The notes beneath the pieces are model-generated. The model saw only the letters and a program-made list of their open reading frames with translations, did not search any database and was not told where the DNA came from. The translations under genes were made by a program, and so were the position numbers. This document shows, one piece after another, positions 1 through 13,162 of a DNA stretch of 64,000 nt; the stretch's first letter is position 1; every line of letters begins with the position of its first letter. Source of the stretch: Lophium mytilinum. Lineage: Eukaryota. The DNA lies in contig MU004185.1 in NCBI GenBank assembly GCA_010093605.1, positions 2,315,334 through 2,379,333 on the forward strand, read 5' to 3'.

Positions 1-1158
1 GGTCGCTATGGCGAGGATAGAGTTGAAGGTTGTTCGACATGTCAAACTGACGAGAGTGTACCAAAGAATGGCGTTGGATGTCGCGTGTACCGTGCAGAAT
101 TTGCTGCGGCTGACAAAATGTATCATCCTTGTAACTGGTGCCGGCTTAAGCAAGGAAGGAAATGCTGGTTCAGGAAACCCGCATTCAGAGAAACATGATG
201 TAGTCCTCCGAAGCATGGCATGAAATGCCAGCACTTTCTGTAGATCAACATACGCATAGCCTTATTTGCAAGTGCGATTAATGTCCCTTTAAGACACCAA
301 AGCCCCTCGTCCGAATCAAGCAAAGATCAAGGGCACTACAGCCTGCGCAAATGAGAGAGGGCAAACTGATATACCACCTACATGTTTTTTCTTGAAATGC
401 TGCGTACGCTGGGGTCGCTTACTAGAAAAAAGAATCATATATAAACATCCGTGCATTTTCACAGCCACTTAGATTAAGGAACTAGTCGTTGGCATCTAGA
501 AATCACGTGACACATGATGAGGGTGTTTTTGAGAGCCGTATACCGCTGTAAATCTTTCCAGGGAAGGATGCCTCCTTGCAAGCACGCTCTCGTAGTTCAA
601 TGTACTGACACCGATTGATCTTTAAGGAGGTCCCCGGTCTCTAATAACGTCTCACTGTTTACTGCTCATTCCCGCGTGAAAGGAAGCTGTAAAGGAGAAA
701 GAATAATATTACCGGTCCAAAATGGACATTCGAATAAGGGCTTGGGTAATAGCATTCGTGCTAAGCAAATACTATATGGCACAGCTCGGCGTTAAACAGA
801 TATGGTATTAATTTTAGTATGGAGCGGTTTCGGATGTTAGGGATAGGTAGGGGTTAAGGGGGATCCGAAAGACTGTTGGTCTATGCGTGGGCGCACGAGT
901 AAAGGGTGGGTTCTGCGCTCTACGTATAGAGAAAGGAATTTCTTGGGGCGAGCTAAAGTATACATAGTAGAGCGCAGAAACCTCATTTTACCTGTTACTC
1001 CCGAGAAAGGTAGCTCTTGGCGCAAATGGAAAAGGGTAGAGCTCACAACCCCGAATTTACCCCGGCAGAACTCGGGTTACGTTGGCAGAACTCGGGTTAC
1101 GTTCGGGGTCCTGTGCTCCACACTTTTCCTGTTTAGGGTTGCGCACGGGTGAAAAGTA

Positions 1159-1755
1159 GGTTCTGCGAAAGGAAACTCTTGGCGCGAGGACAAGTGTGGA
1201 GGACAGACAGCAATTTCTCATCCGAGATAACCCCGCTAGAGCTCCCGCGCTAAGGTCTTTTCCTCCGAGGGTTTCCCCGGCCCCGGGAGGTAAAATATTC
1301 GGTTCTGCAAAAGGAAACTCTTGGCATGGCGAGGACAAGTGTGGAGGACAGACATCAATTTCTCATCCGAGATAACCCCGCTAGAGGTCTCGCGCTAAGG
1401 TTTTCTCCTCCGGGGGTTTCTCCGGCCCCGGGAGGTTGCGCGGGGGTAAATACCGGGTTCTGCAAAAGGCAACTCTTGGCAAGGCGAAAAAAAAGTGTGG
1501 AGCATAGAGATGAATTTCTCATCCGAGAGAACCCCGTGTAGGGCTTACGCTAAGAGCTTTTTTTCTCCGGAGGTTTTTCCGGCCCCGGGGGATAATGAAC
1601 AGGTAAATTCAGGTGAGAATTTGATGTCTGTCCTCCACACTTTTTCTACCCATGCCAAGAGTTCCCTTTGGGGCAACGCATAGGTAAATTTAGGTGAGAA
1701 ATCGGTGTCTATCCTCCACCTGCACACTTTTCCATGCGCGCCAAGAGTTTCCTTT
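1159..1755. repeat. Satellite: three ~145-bp direct units followed by two inverted partial units
   Basis: GGTTCTGC..AAGGAAACTCTTGGC..AAGTGTGGAG..AATTTCTCATCCGAGA..CCGGCCCCGGG starts at 1159, 1301 and 1456; reverse-complement partial copies at ~1615-1668 and ~1695-1755. Confidence 0.9.
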
Positions 1756-2639
1756 AAGGGCAACGCACAGGGAAAAAAGGATCAGCTTCGCGCCTATGCA
1801 GACATCCCCGCTCACGATGTTTGTCTTCTCCCGTAATTCTCCATCTTTCAACAAAACATCCCACGCCAGGTCTCCTACACCTGCCAACCACGCCTCTAAT
1901 ATATTCCAATATCCCCGAATACAGTGCTAACCTCTTCCTCCGCGCGTTCAGGTGGAGATTAACCGCCTCCAAAGCTCTGGCTAGGGATTACGATTCGTCG
2001 TCAAACTTGCACTTCCCGAATGCCCTAGTCTTTTCTAGGGCAACTTAATTCGTGGTATCCATAGGTTTATAAACCTCTAGTCGCCATGTCGAGGTTCCAG
2101 GCGGTGCAGATTGGACAGCGTCTTGACTAATTGGCTGTTTAGTAGACAGGCTACCCCTTGCGGTGGTATCCGAGTAGTACCAGAGTCCATTAATGATGAA
2201 TTCGTGTGCCCACATTTTTAGTCCTGTATTGTAGAGATAATATCCTCGGAGTTTACCGCTTGTTGCCACTACTTAGGGTACCCCTACAGGAGTTAAAAGA
2301 CGTAAGGGTAACGTGAAGTTCTAAGCAGTGCAGATTAGATTATGTCTTAACTAATTGGCTGTTTAGCAAGCGGGCTACCCCTAACAGTAGTGTCGAGTGA
2401 GCAAAGTTGGAGCAAAGAAGAAACCATTGCAAGTGCCCGTACTTATGGCCTAGTACTGTAATGTCGAGGTTTAAGCAGTGCAAGTCAAACTGCTACGCCC
2501 CTCACCACCTTCACATCTCCCTAGGAGCGATTTGATAGACCACCCCAGCAAGGAGTCCGTAGTGTTGAGTCTCCAGCAAAGCCGTCTAGAGCTACGCTAG
2601 TGCATGATTCTATGACAGGCTTGGACTTGGATCCTGAGG

Positions 2640-4460
2640 CAGAGCCCACTTCCCGCAGTGTATGTCTGCCGAGTTCGAAGAAGGTACGTCCTGTCCAGGA
2701 ACCCAGACGGCGGCCGCTCATGTGACTGTGTGACAGAATCCATTTGAGTTGGAAATCCACAGTCAGGCGCACTCCATTCTTCTATTGCTTCTTCTTTTTC
2801 TTCTGCTTCATCTTCCTCTTCTTCTTCTGAGTACTGAGCATGAGGCCCGGTCGCAAATTTCCAGAGCGAGGCCAGTCCATGTATATGTTTTGCTGCTCTT
2901 TGAAAGCTCTCAACTGAAAGCGTTCAGAAGCAGGACACGCTCCATGGTTCCGTTGGATATATTTTCTAAACATATACGCCCCTCTCCGAGAAGGCTAGAG
3001 CGGGACAACTCCATGGGCAGATAGCCGGTAGGAATTTTAGTGGGAGAACCACAGACAAGCTCACTCCATCCCACTGTTCCAAGGAACTGTGAAAGCATCA
3101 GTCGACGACTCAAGAGCAGGGCTAGTCCATGAAGCGACCCGAAAGTACTTATTGGCAGTGTTTAGTTGATGACCTGAAGGCGGATGGCACTCCCAGCAAT
3201 TCTGACCATGTTTGTATTCAAACAGAGACATGAGGGGCAAGAGCCAGAGCGAAAACGGCCCATTTCTCCATCCTCCAGTCTTCAAGAGAAGATGCAAAGA
3301 CGAAGCGCACTCCATGCTACTGTTCACATGCTCTGTTATTTCTAGGAAGTAGTCCATACCCGAGGACCCCAAAGCGAGAACACACCACATAATGATTCCA
3401 TTTGCCTGTTCGCACACAAACACAGCGCGCACTCCATTTGCTCGTTGGCATCCGTAGGGTTGAAATCGAGGCCATAGTCAAGGCGGCAGATTCCGGGCTC
3501 GACCAGCCCATGATATCTCTGAAGACCTTGTTTTGACTAAAGCCACACAAACAGAGCGCTCTCCATCCCAGACCAATGCCTTCCCAGCTGAAGCTAAAGC
3601 CATAGCCAAATCGTCTAAAACGACATCATATCACATTCTTCTCTCCGCACCAGTCTGATGAAAGGCACGGACAGCGCGCGCTCCATGGTAGCAACGTGCT
3701 TCTATAGATTGAAGTTGCGGCCCAAGGCAGAGAGTCCAGAGCGAGACGGCCCATCACTTCGTGCTGTATATATGTCTGTCGAAATGCACAGAGGCAGAAT
3801 GCGCTCCATATGCTTCTGAGATCTCTGATGTTGATTCCCCAAGCAATGAGTCCAGAGTGATAACATCCTTCTCATGAGCGTCCATGTGCTACCGCAATAT
3901 AAGGGAATAAAGGCAAAGTTCCCTCCATCCGGTCTTGTGCTTAAGAGATTTGATGCTTCTACCCCAGTTGGAGGGTTTAGAGCGAGTCCGGCCGACATAG
4001 AAAGAAATTCCTTCCCGTTTCTTTCATGAGAACCACAGCGGCAAAGCGGACTCATGTCGTCATATCCGACCAGATTTTGATTTTGAGAGGATGCCTCAGC
4101 CAGTTTCCCCAAACACGACTAGCTCATGCCGACTGATGCTTCTTTGTTTTTGTCGATGCGCGAAGAGAAGCGCACATCCTGTTCCGTAAAATGCCTTCAT
4201 TCAGACATTGGACTGGATTGCACGGTCGAAGACCCCCGAGCGAGATCATCCCAAAAGAGGAGGCCATATCAAAGTTTGGGTCAACCACACAAAGGCCGAA
4301 ACGCAGTCCATGCCACAGTGACGACTTGGGTGTTTGAGCGACAAGACCACCAATCCACCACCCAGGCCCCAGGAAAACCGACGCCGCACCATAGTCTGAT
4401 AAGTTTCTTCTTTTGTGTCTTGGTTACGGTTGACGATCCCGACAACCCTCTCCACCCCAT
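2640..4460 (-). pseudogene. Decayed ~41-codon tandem-repeat protein gene, WD40/beta-propeller-like
   Basis: Plus-strand motif (GCGC)NCTCCAT recurs with ~119-131 bp spacing; minus-strand translations give x-[DHN]-G-x-R-hydrophobic (WDGERSV, YHGARAV, ANGVRAV, HGVRFVF, PDGGNFAF, WHGLRFG); many stops and frameshifts. Confidence 0.45.
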
Positions 4461-5691
4461 GACGGTCCATGACCCTCCGTGTTAAATCTTTGAAAACCCA
4501 GCCAGAACCCAAACCCCAGCACAGCCACCACACCACCACCATCCCCCTGCTCCTTAGTAGAGTTTGAACGCCGCTTCCAACCCCCCAACTACTCCTTCGC
4601 CACCCATTACTTCGCCGAGACGCGTTTTTCGAACCCCCCTCCCCTTCCCCACTCCCAAACTCCACCTCTGACAAACTCAACTTTTCGGGGCCTTACACTG
4701 TTCCTATATACCTCCTAGCCCCTGCCTCGTTGACTCGTTTCTCTGACACCCGCCAGCGCAGCGCCGATCTCGCTCCGTGTGATCCCGGTGAGCGGTGAGG
4801 GGGTGGCCCATCGGAAGGAAGAGCTACAGAGATTAGGAAAGGGAACCGAGGGGTGAAGACTTGTGACTATAGCTTGGGGGCTTCTGTGGGCGAATAGGAA
4901 CGTAGACAGGGGATAGCATGTGAGAAGGTAGGAAAGTGACGGAGAAAAGGGGACACGAGGTGGGATCGCAGAGGTTTAAACCAACCGCTGACGGTCCGAG
5001 GGGATTGCATGAGCAAATGGGATGTAAGAGTATTTTGACATGTGGAGTCTGGACGAGAATGGGGATGTGATGGAGCGCGGGACCGGAACTGGAGTCGCGC
5101 GAGAAGGCGGTGATGGCTCAGATGCTTCCGATTTGCTAAGATTGGAAGTAATGGAGGTGAACATGTGAGAAGGGAGGAGGATTGAGAGGATTTGACGTTG
5201 CATAGATGATTCGAAGGTTGCCGATTTGCTCGAAGTGCCGCGTATGAAAGGTGTACTAACGAAGAGGGGACGATGATTGAGAAGCCGAGAGATGATGCGG
5301 ATGGTGGGAACGCTTTGACTGGCTCAAGGTACGAAAAGTGACGATAGACAGTTGAAGAAAGGATGGACGGGAGAGCACATGAGAGGTTATGATACCAGAC
5401 CGCTGCATTCAACGCATCCACTATTCTCGGAGCACGGTAATGGAAGAAAAGCATATGATGGAGACCAGATGCGCCTGATGAAGGAATCACGAAGACGCAC
5501 CGATATGTTGGAAATAATTCTATTGGTCAATTCAAGCAGCAATGGCACCTAACACCGGAACCCTTGAACCTTTTGCCTACCATCGTTATATGACTGCCTC
5601 ATTTAGTACCCGTGGCACATGGTATACGCATCGTGCCATCCAACCGTGTCGCATCAGACCCCCCAACGTACTCACGCTTCACTAACTCCTT

Positions 5692-6666
5692 TCATGCAGT
5701 CTGCGCTTGAGCCTGGGGCGCAGCCGGGCCGCCTGCATTTCGCTGCTTGCTGACGGTGTACTCGGCGAGGAAATCAGCATCGTTCTCGAACTCCTCCTTG
5801 ATCTATCACATTACATTAGCTTCGATACACCGCCAGCGCCACGCCAGTCATACTACGCGGAGGAAGGGGAAACTCACAATATCCAATCCACCAACTAACT
5901 CTCCACCCACCCACAGCTGTGGAAATGTCGGCCAGTCCGCAAACTCCTTCAGCCCCTGCCTGACATCATCATCTGCCAGAATATTGAAGAACCCATAACG
6001 CACACCCTTCTCCCTTAGCAGCGAGCTCGTCTGCCGACTGAATCCACACTGTGGCGCCGACGGCGTCCCCTTCATGAACAGCATCACCGGCGCCGCCTTG
6101 ACCAGCTCTCCCAGCCGCGCAAACAGCTCCTCCTTTGTCTCCTTTGCGCCGGAGCTGTACTCGGGCGCGGTCTTGGGGTCGTTGTTTGAAGGCGCGTATG
6201 AGGCGAGGTTCTTTGCGCCATTTGTGCCGTTTGTCGCGCCGGTTCCCAGGTCAGTAGTAGGTGCTGCGGGCTTTGTGACTGATTGCGCAGGGGGTAGACC
6301 CAGTTTCGAGGCCTCTCCTGCACTGCCGGCGCCAGCGTACTTCTCCACTGCTGCCCGTACCTTTGCGGCGTCGGAGCCGGAGACTGTCTCGAGTACCGAA
6401 TCGTCCTTTTGTAGCACGATGTAGGGAACCGCGGTGACGTCGTATTGCTCTGAGATTTCGGGGAGCTCTTCGGCGTTGAGGGAGAGGAAGGCGAGGGGTG
6501 CGGAGGAGGGGTATGTCGAGGCGAGAGTAGAGAGAACGGTAGACATCTGCTTGCAGGGCGCGGCCCAGGGCGCGTGGAAGTATATCACCACAACGGTGGC
6601 GGGAGGGAGAGAGGTGATGGTTGATGCGAAGTCGGACTCGGTGGGGATGTCTGTGACGGAGGCCAT
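5692..6666 (-). CDS. GRX4: Monothiol glutaredoxin Grx3/Grx4 (Trx-like + Grx domain), 2 exons
   Basis: WAAPC Trx-like motif, KGTP..PQCGFS active site, WPTFPQL and GGLDI; intron 5877-5803, last exon IKEEFEND...QTA*. Confidence 0.95.
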
Positions 6667-7001
6667 TGTAGCGGTTTGTTGTATCGTGGAGGGTCTTATG
6701 GCAGTGTGGAGGTCTTATGGTAGTGAGGAGAAAGCTGAGGTTGTGTAATTAGTTGAAGAGAGACAGAGCAGAAGACGATGGGTTACTTGAGAGGTGAAGA
6801 AGCAAAAGTGATCAGATGGATTGATTAGAAAAAGAACTGACGTGCTCCGTCCCACCACGGAATGCCCCGCAGAGCGCCGCAAGCTCCGGCTTCTCCTCGG
6901 CATGCCGTTGCGCCGGCCCGAAAAAAAGAGAAATCTTGGCATCTTCACTTTCTTCAACACCATCGCGAACGAAGTGCATCTGCATCCCCAACATCGCCAC
7001 T

Positions 7002-8073
7002 ATGTTGCGCACAATGTGAGACTAAATCCCCAGTAACACAAGAATACAGCTAATAGCTCTACAAGAAAACCCAAAACCGCCCGCACCAAGCGCATCCTCG
7101 AGAAGCGCGAGCCCCAGGTGCACGAAAATGTGAAGCAATGCCTGTTCCTCAAAGGCACCTCGAGCAGTGAAATCCTGAAGCTCGCCGTGACTGGTACCTA
7201 CAATAGCCCGTCTCTACCAATGCCTCATGCTAAATTATCATCCTAGACCTCAACTCTCTCCTCAAACCCCACACCAAAAAATTCACAAAACCTAACCCGA
7301 TCCACCCCTTTGAGTCCGTCGACTCACTCAACTTCCTCTCCCTCAAGAATGACTGCTCGCATCTTGTCCTCTCCCACCACAAGAAGAAGCGCCCCCACAC
7401 GCTTACTTTCATCCGCACCTTCGCCCACACCGTGCTCGACATGCTCGAGCTGCACATCGACCCCGAAACCTTCCGCACAATCAGCCAATTTAAGAACAAG
7501 AAGTGCGCAGTGGGGCTGAAGCCGATGCTCGCGTTCTCAGGAACTCCATTTGAGGGGCCGGTGGAAAGCCGATTTACGCTGGCGAAGAGTATGCTCCTAG
7601 ATTTCTTCCGGGGTGTAGAGGCAACGGGGGTGGATGTGGAGGGCTTGCAGTATATGATCCATTTCTCCGCGTCGGATGAAATACCCGGAGAGCCTGCGCC
7701 TATCATCCGCATGCGCGTGTACCTCGTCAAGACGCGCCGCTCAGGTCAGAAAGTCCCGAGAGTGGAGGTCGAAGAGATGGGCCCACGGATCGATTTCACC
7801 GTTGGCCGTGAGCAGGTTGCGGAGGAAGCCGTTATGAAGACGGCGCTGAAGAAGCCAAAGGGCTTGGAGCCAAGGACGAAGAAGAACATCACGACGGATG
7901 TGGTGGGCGATAAGATGGGCAAGATCCATCTTGGCAAGCAGGATTTCGCGAACTTGCAGACGAGGAAGATGAAGGGGTTGAAGCGGTCAAGAGAGGAGAG
8001 GAAGGCCGGGGAAGAAACAGATGCGGAGGAGGATGGAGGGGTGGAGGTCAAGAGGGTGCAGTTGGAGGCATAG
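7002..8073 (+). CDS. RPF2: Ribosome biogenesis protein Rpf2 (Brix domain), 3 exons
   Basis: Spliced MLRTI-KPKTARTKRILEKREP; KKKRPHTL, PRVEVEEMGPRIDF, GKIHLGKQD, LQTRKMKGLK. Confidence 0.93.
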
Positions 8074-9926
8074 GTAGCGGCTGTATACCCACGGTCTTCT
8101 GGTCGGCGTTAAGAGGTAAGGGAGGCGTTTCGGCGTCAAGAAAATCGCTTTCGGAGATTCGTGGACAACTAGAATATTTCTGTCTCTATGGTGGTCCATC
8201 AAGCTCTCTCCGTCATCTCATCGACTCTGCACGAAGTGACCGCATCATGATCGACCACCTTGTCAACTTTCCTTGTCTGTATCGCACCGTTACCTCCTCT
8301 ATTATGGTCCTTGGCCGCGTTCTTGTGCACACACCCCGACCCTGTCTCCGTCCCACCCAAAAACAACCCTCCCGGTCGCTGTGCCTCGCTATCTTCACTC
8401 TTGTCGTAAGATTAGGTGCTTCCTATCTCGTATCTACGTCGAAGTTTAGACAGAACCCGCTATTGCAAAACATAACGATTCGCAGGTACAAAATAGAAAG
8501 TACTTAGCTATTCAACATCTCAGCACGCCAGAAGACGAAGACCTATGAAGATACTGCCCATATTGGACGTGGGTGTGAGATGGGAAGCATGCGCCGAAGC
8601 AAAGAAGACGAACCCCGAGTACGAAGCCGCTAAACCTTAATCGACTTTCAGTGTGTAGGAAGTTCGACCTTGCGACTATGTCATTGTCGCATGCAACACG
8701 GAGGAAACGAATGAATGCGATCTGCCAGACTTTGCCAGAGTTGAAAGATTGCACCATAACGATCAACTCGATGTCACGTAGATGTTTGATGCATGATTGA
8801 TTCTAGACATAAGTTGAGCCCGCACCTCATGAGTCGCTGTTCTCCGTCCACAGGGATACCATTTATGGAGACATCTTGATAGCGTTTACTGAGGTGAATG
8901 AAAGTTTTTGATATTGCAAGCAGACAGAATATTGGTATTGATATGCTCGGGGCCCGAGAAGACAATATGGAGTCCGCTAGAAAAGGGTTACAGATGAAAA
9001 TATACCAATTCTTGTTACGTAAAAATCCATGCTCTCGCCAGTCACTCGGTGTCCGTGCAGTCTTTATTTTCTGGTTTCTCCTGATCTTCTCATGGTTTCT
9101 TAGTAGGGTAGGGTTGTGTGAGTTCGACCTCGTCTACTCTAAGGATGAGTTACCTAGAACTTGACATTGTACAACTTAACGTGCTCACATGCTCACAAAA
9201 CTTACAGGTTCGTCGCACAGCTAGTTGTTGTCGGGAAGGCTGACTCAAATAAGTAATTGTTAATCCTTTGAGCAGGCACCGCCTTCATACGTCCGTGTTT
9301 TTCTCGAAACGTACGCGCCATAAACTTAGTCCACACACGCCATTTATCAGGCACACGCGCATTGCTAGATGAAAGATCGAATAGCCAAGTTAATAAGTTC
9401 AATCCTTAGGAGGCTGTACTCGATACGTTGCGTGATATCTAGTGATCCTTGGAACGACGAAAGGAATACGGACTGGGAAAAGTTCCAGGTTAACATTGCG
9501 TAGCACGACACGGCTAGAGGCTACTTACAGACCTTTGCATTCCTCATTGTAGCCAAGGAGCCTCCATCCGGGTGCGCACGGCGTGTAGCTCCGAAGTCGG
9601 ACGAGACTACGGTCTCCTAAGCTAAGCCCTATGAAGTGAATGGGCATTCTCTCGTCGTCCCAACTCACGCGAGGACATGTCTAAACAGAAGGCTCTTCAC
9701 CGGCCATTCAGTACAGATATATTGAGCCTATACGCCGGCCGGAGTGGTGATCAAAGGAAGAAGCGCTCAAACTCAGGGCCAGTGTAATGAACCACGCATG
9801 AGAGCAACGACAACTCCCAGATTTGTGGTATAAAAGCATACAAAATGGCTCTCTCAACGACTTCTTTCTAGCATCCAGAAACTCTACATCAAATCCCCAT
9901 CGAGAAGTCCTCCAGCTACCATAATC

Positions 9927-10444
9927 ATGGAATTCCTCGCCATCATTTCGATCTTCGCTCTGGCCCTCCGCAGCACTGCTGCTCCCGTCAACACCACCGT
10001 ACCAAGTGGGCTGTCCCCCATTCCCGCTCTTCAGAATGGCACGGAGCCGTACGTCTATTTTGCCACTCCTATCACTCCCTAAGAATTGATCTCACACTCC
10101 GCCGTGTCCAGCACGGCCCAGGACTCCTGCGCGTTCGACGTCTGGGATGACGTGAACTACAGCGGCCACCACGAAACCGTATACACAAACCTCGGCGTTT
10201 GCTATAACTTTGGCGGCAACTGAAATGACCAACTCAGCTCGCTCGCTGTCCAAAGTGGTTTCGACTGTAGCATCTACGAGTAAGATATCGAGACTTTTGT
10301 CGTTTCAAGATGATAGGGCGCTGATTCTTTGGCAGTGATATTGGATGTGGTGGGGGTTCGATCGAGTTTTGGGGCAGTATCCCTGATCTTCGTGTTTGGG
10401 GTTGGAATGAGAGGGCCAGCGCCTGGTCCTGTCGCTATGCGTAG
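9927..10444 (+). pseudogene. Small secreted beta/gamma-crystallin-like protein with in-frame TGA
   Basis: Signal peptide MEFLAIISIFALALRSTAAP; GT-AG introns 10049-10111 and 10280-10335; DDVNYSG...CYNFGGN*NDQLSSL...DLRVWGWNERASAWSC; TGA at 10221-10223 where W is expected. Confidence 0.75.
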
Positions 10445-11069
10445 CCTGGGGTTTGTCTGCCTGTGTTGCTGCGTGGCCTATTTCGGAGAACACGCAAGGA
10501 TATATGAAAAGACGACGATGCCGATAAGAAAGGCGAAGATGATGGTTCCGGGAGGGGGAGTGGACTTTCTTTCAAACGTGTAGGATGAATGTTTGGTCAC
10601 TCATTTGATTTGGTGAGAAGGAGGGTGCTCGAACTGAGATAATTGAAAATTGGTTTCACGTGGCTTCAGGACACTTGAGCTGATACATGAATGTCGAATC
10701 CGAGTTTCTTTGCCATTTAGGGCCGTTATACTCGTTTATATACCTTCCAGTTGCCAATTCCTAATACTGAGAGAAGCAGAAAAGATTCGAATGGACGGGA
10801 GGTTGGACAGACTTGTATTTACGCACGGATAGTACGGCAGAATGTAGATTTCGTAGCGCTGCTCATCATTCTGATGTCAATTGGCCGAGTTCTGTAAGAT
10901 TTCTACTCTTCAGCTTCAACGTTAGAAAGCGGAGGGGAGAGGCTTTTAATGGTATCACGATAGGGGATGGTGTTGTGATTGTACCTGCATAAGTCGACTA
11001 GAAGCGAGTGCCAGGCGGCGATCCCTGCGTTAGTGTGGGGAAAGCTCCTGTGCGTCACCAATGTTAATA

Positions 11070-13162
11070 CAGTAAAACCTTGGTATAGTGTTTTCGGGGT
11101 ATAGTAATATACTCTATAGAGTGATATATTTTAGCTAACTATATATTTTTATATAAGGATAGTAATATTACTACTTATAAAGGTATTACTAGTACCCTCT
11201 TACTAAAATTATACTAACTAGGGGGCTACACCGCTGTTTTAAGGTTATCCGGAGGCGGTTTTTCCGCGCCGGCTATACAGCTTTTTATATTCTCTATCTA
11301 AACAACGTTATATATCTATTAAAAAGCCATTAATTTCTATTATTTTTGCACCTAAATATTAATTCTATAATGCCTCGCGCCTAGAACTCTAACTAATAGC
11401 GTTGCTATAGTATTACAGACCTTAAGCGTAAGCAAATCTATAATTACTATGCTAAACACCCTAAATTATAATAAAAATAGCTTGCCCTATAGGCTATAGA
11501 TTAATTTTAACGCTATATTAGCTAGTCCTTAGTATTATTAATCCTTAGCTAAAAATATAAGGATCTAGATAGAATTAGGCTATAAAAAGAATAAGGTAGA
11601 AGAGAGAAAAAAAGGGCTGCCGAGCACCCCCTTCTAGATAAGGCCCTTTTTAAATAGCACTAGGTTCTATAAGCTTTATAGGTTTCTATTATAGGAGACC
11701 TTCTATAGATAGCCGCTTAGAGTCTATAGTAGTCTATTATAGCATTAAATTGTAAGCTAATGCCCGCCTTTTCTAATAGCTGGCTGGACGGCTAGAAGAT
11801 AAGAAATAGCGTGCAGAAAAGGAAGTAATATAGAGAGGCCGGATCTATTTAAATTAAGAATACTAAGAAAGAGATAGTAATAGTATATTAAAAAGTAGAG
11901 AATTACTAGCTATTAAATATATATAATATAGATAAATATAGCCTCTTTTAAAAGGCTATACCTAATATTACCTTAGCTACTAAGTAACTACCTAGTTTAA
12001 AGAAATAGAAAGTACGTATTACTATTGTTAATTATTTAAACGGCGATGGAACTAATAAGCTTCTACTTTAGATTATTAGAATAGCTATTAATCTATAGTG
12101 TTTTAGTTCTAATAGGGTAAATGTAAGGGGAATAGACTTTAGCTAGAAGAATAATAAGAAAGCGTGGATAACTAGAAGCCTAATACTAGAGTATCTATCC
12201 TAGTTTAATAAGAGGATAAATAGGAGAAAGGTAGTACTTCTTTTAGATGGCTTTAGCGCTTATAAGAGTACTATAGAAATAGTAAATAATAATAACACCT
12301 TAAAGAATACTAAGGTAGTATTTTTACCCCCTAATTACACGTCTATCTATTAGCCTATAGATTAGGGCATTATTCGCAATTTTAAGGCCTATTATTAGCG
12401 TTCCTGGCTACACTTTATAGTTAATTAGACTATAGAGAAAAAGAATTCTCTTAAGAAAATCCACGTATTATAGGCTATTTAATAGGCTATTACCGCATAG
12501 AACCTTATTAAGCTATTAACTATTTTAAATTACTATATTAAATTAACTATATTTAGTAACTATAAGGGCCCTTCTTAGCGTTCTAAGAACTATATAGAAC
12601 CCCCCCTATTAGATAATATATAGTAGTACCTAGATACCTTAGAAATAGTAGAAAGAATCTAGTAATATATAGATATATCTAATTTTATTTATCTAGATAA
12701 AGAGGAAATTGTTAAGCTATTAGAGAACGCTATTTCCTTTATTATTAGGCTGTATTCTAGGCAGAAAGATAATAAATTAGATGCTAAGGAGATATAGAAG
12801 GATTCTATAATTAAGATCTAGAAAGCTATTAATACTTTAGCTACTCTTAGGCTGTATAAGAAGCAGTAGAAGGATAGTAAATTAGCTCTAATTTAGGCTC
12901 TCTATTAGCACAACTAACGCCTAAGAGGACAGAAGATCTAAAACACTAAGCAATTATATATATCTAACTTTTTCCAGTAATCTTGGCAGCCTTAGGTAGC
13001 TTAGGATACATCTATTTTAGCTTCACAGGCGAGAATATAAGATATCATTAACTAATTATTATTTACTAAGCAGATTACTAATAAACCTAAATATAGTAAT
13101 ACTCTCTATATAGTAATACGAAACGGCCTAAAAAACCGTATCACTCTACCGAGGTTTTACTG
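11070..13162 (+). mobile_element. pogo/Tigger-type (CENP-B/DDE_1) DNA transposon, heavily RIP-mutated
   Basis: TIRs CAGTAAAACCTTGGTATAGTG / CACTCTACCGAGGTTTTACTG; TA at both ends; very TA-rich; relic FLPPNYTSIY*PID*GIIRNFKAYY near 12320-12395 and WLDG near 11780. Confidence 0.92.

Noticed and set aside
1063..1102. AACTCGGGT shared with the 36.7-kb minisatellite as possible element ends
   Set aside because: Only 9 bp in common and flanks unrelated; likely chance
1159..1590. CRISPR-like array
   Set aside because: Eukaryotic context, units are similar along their whole length with no unique spacers, no cas genes
2781..2830. Poly-Lys or poly-Leu short ORFs
   Set aside because: Product of a (CTT)n microsatellite
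4867..5490. 207-aa minus-strand ORF
   Set aside because: Ser/Pro/Leu/His-rich translation of a purine-biased tract; no recognisable motif and no ATG start
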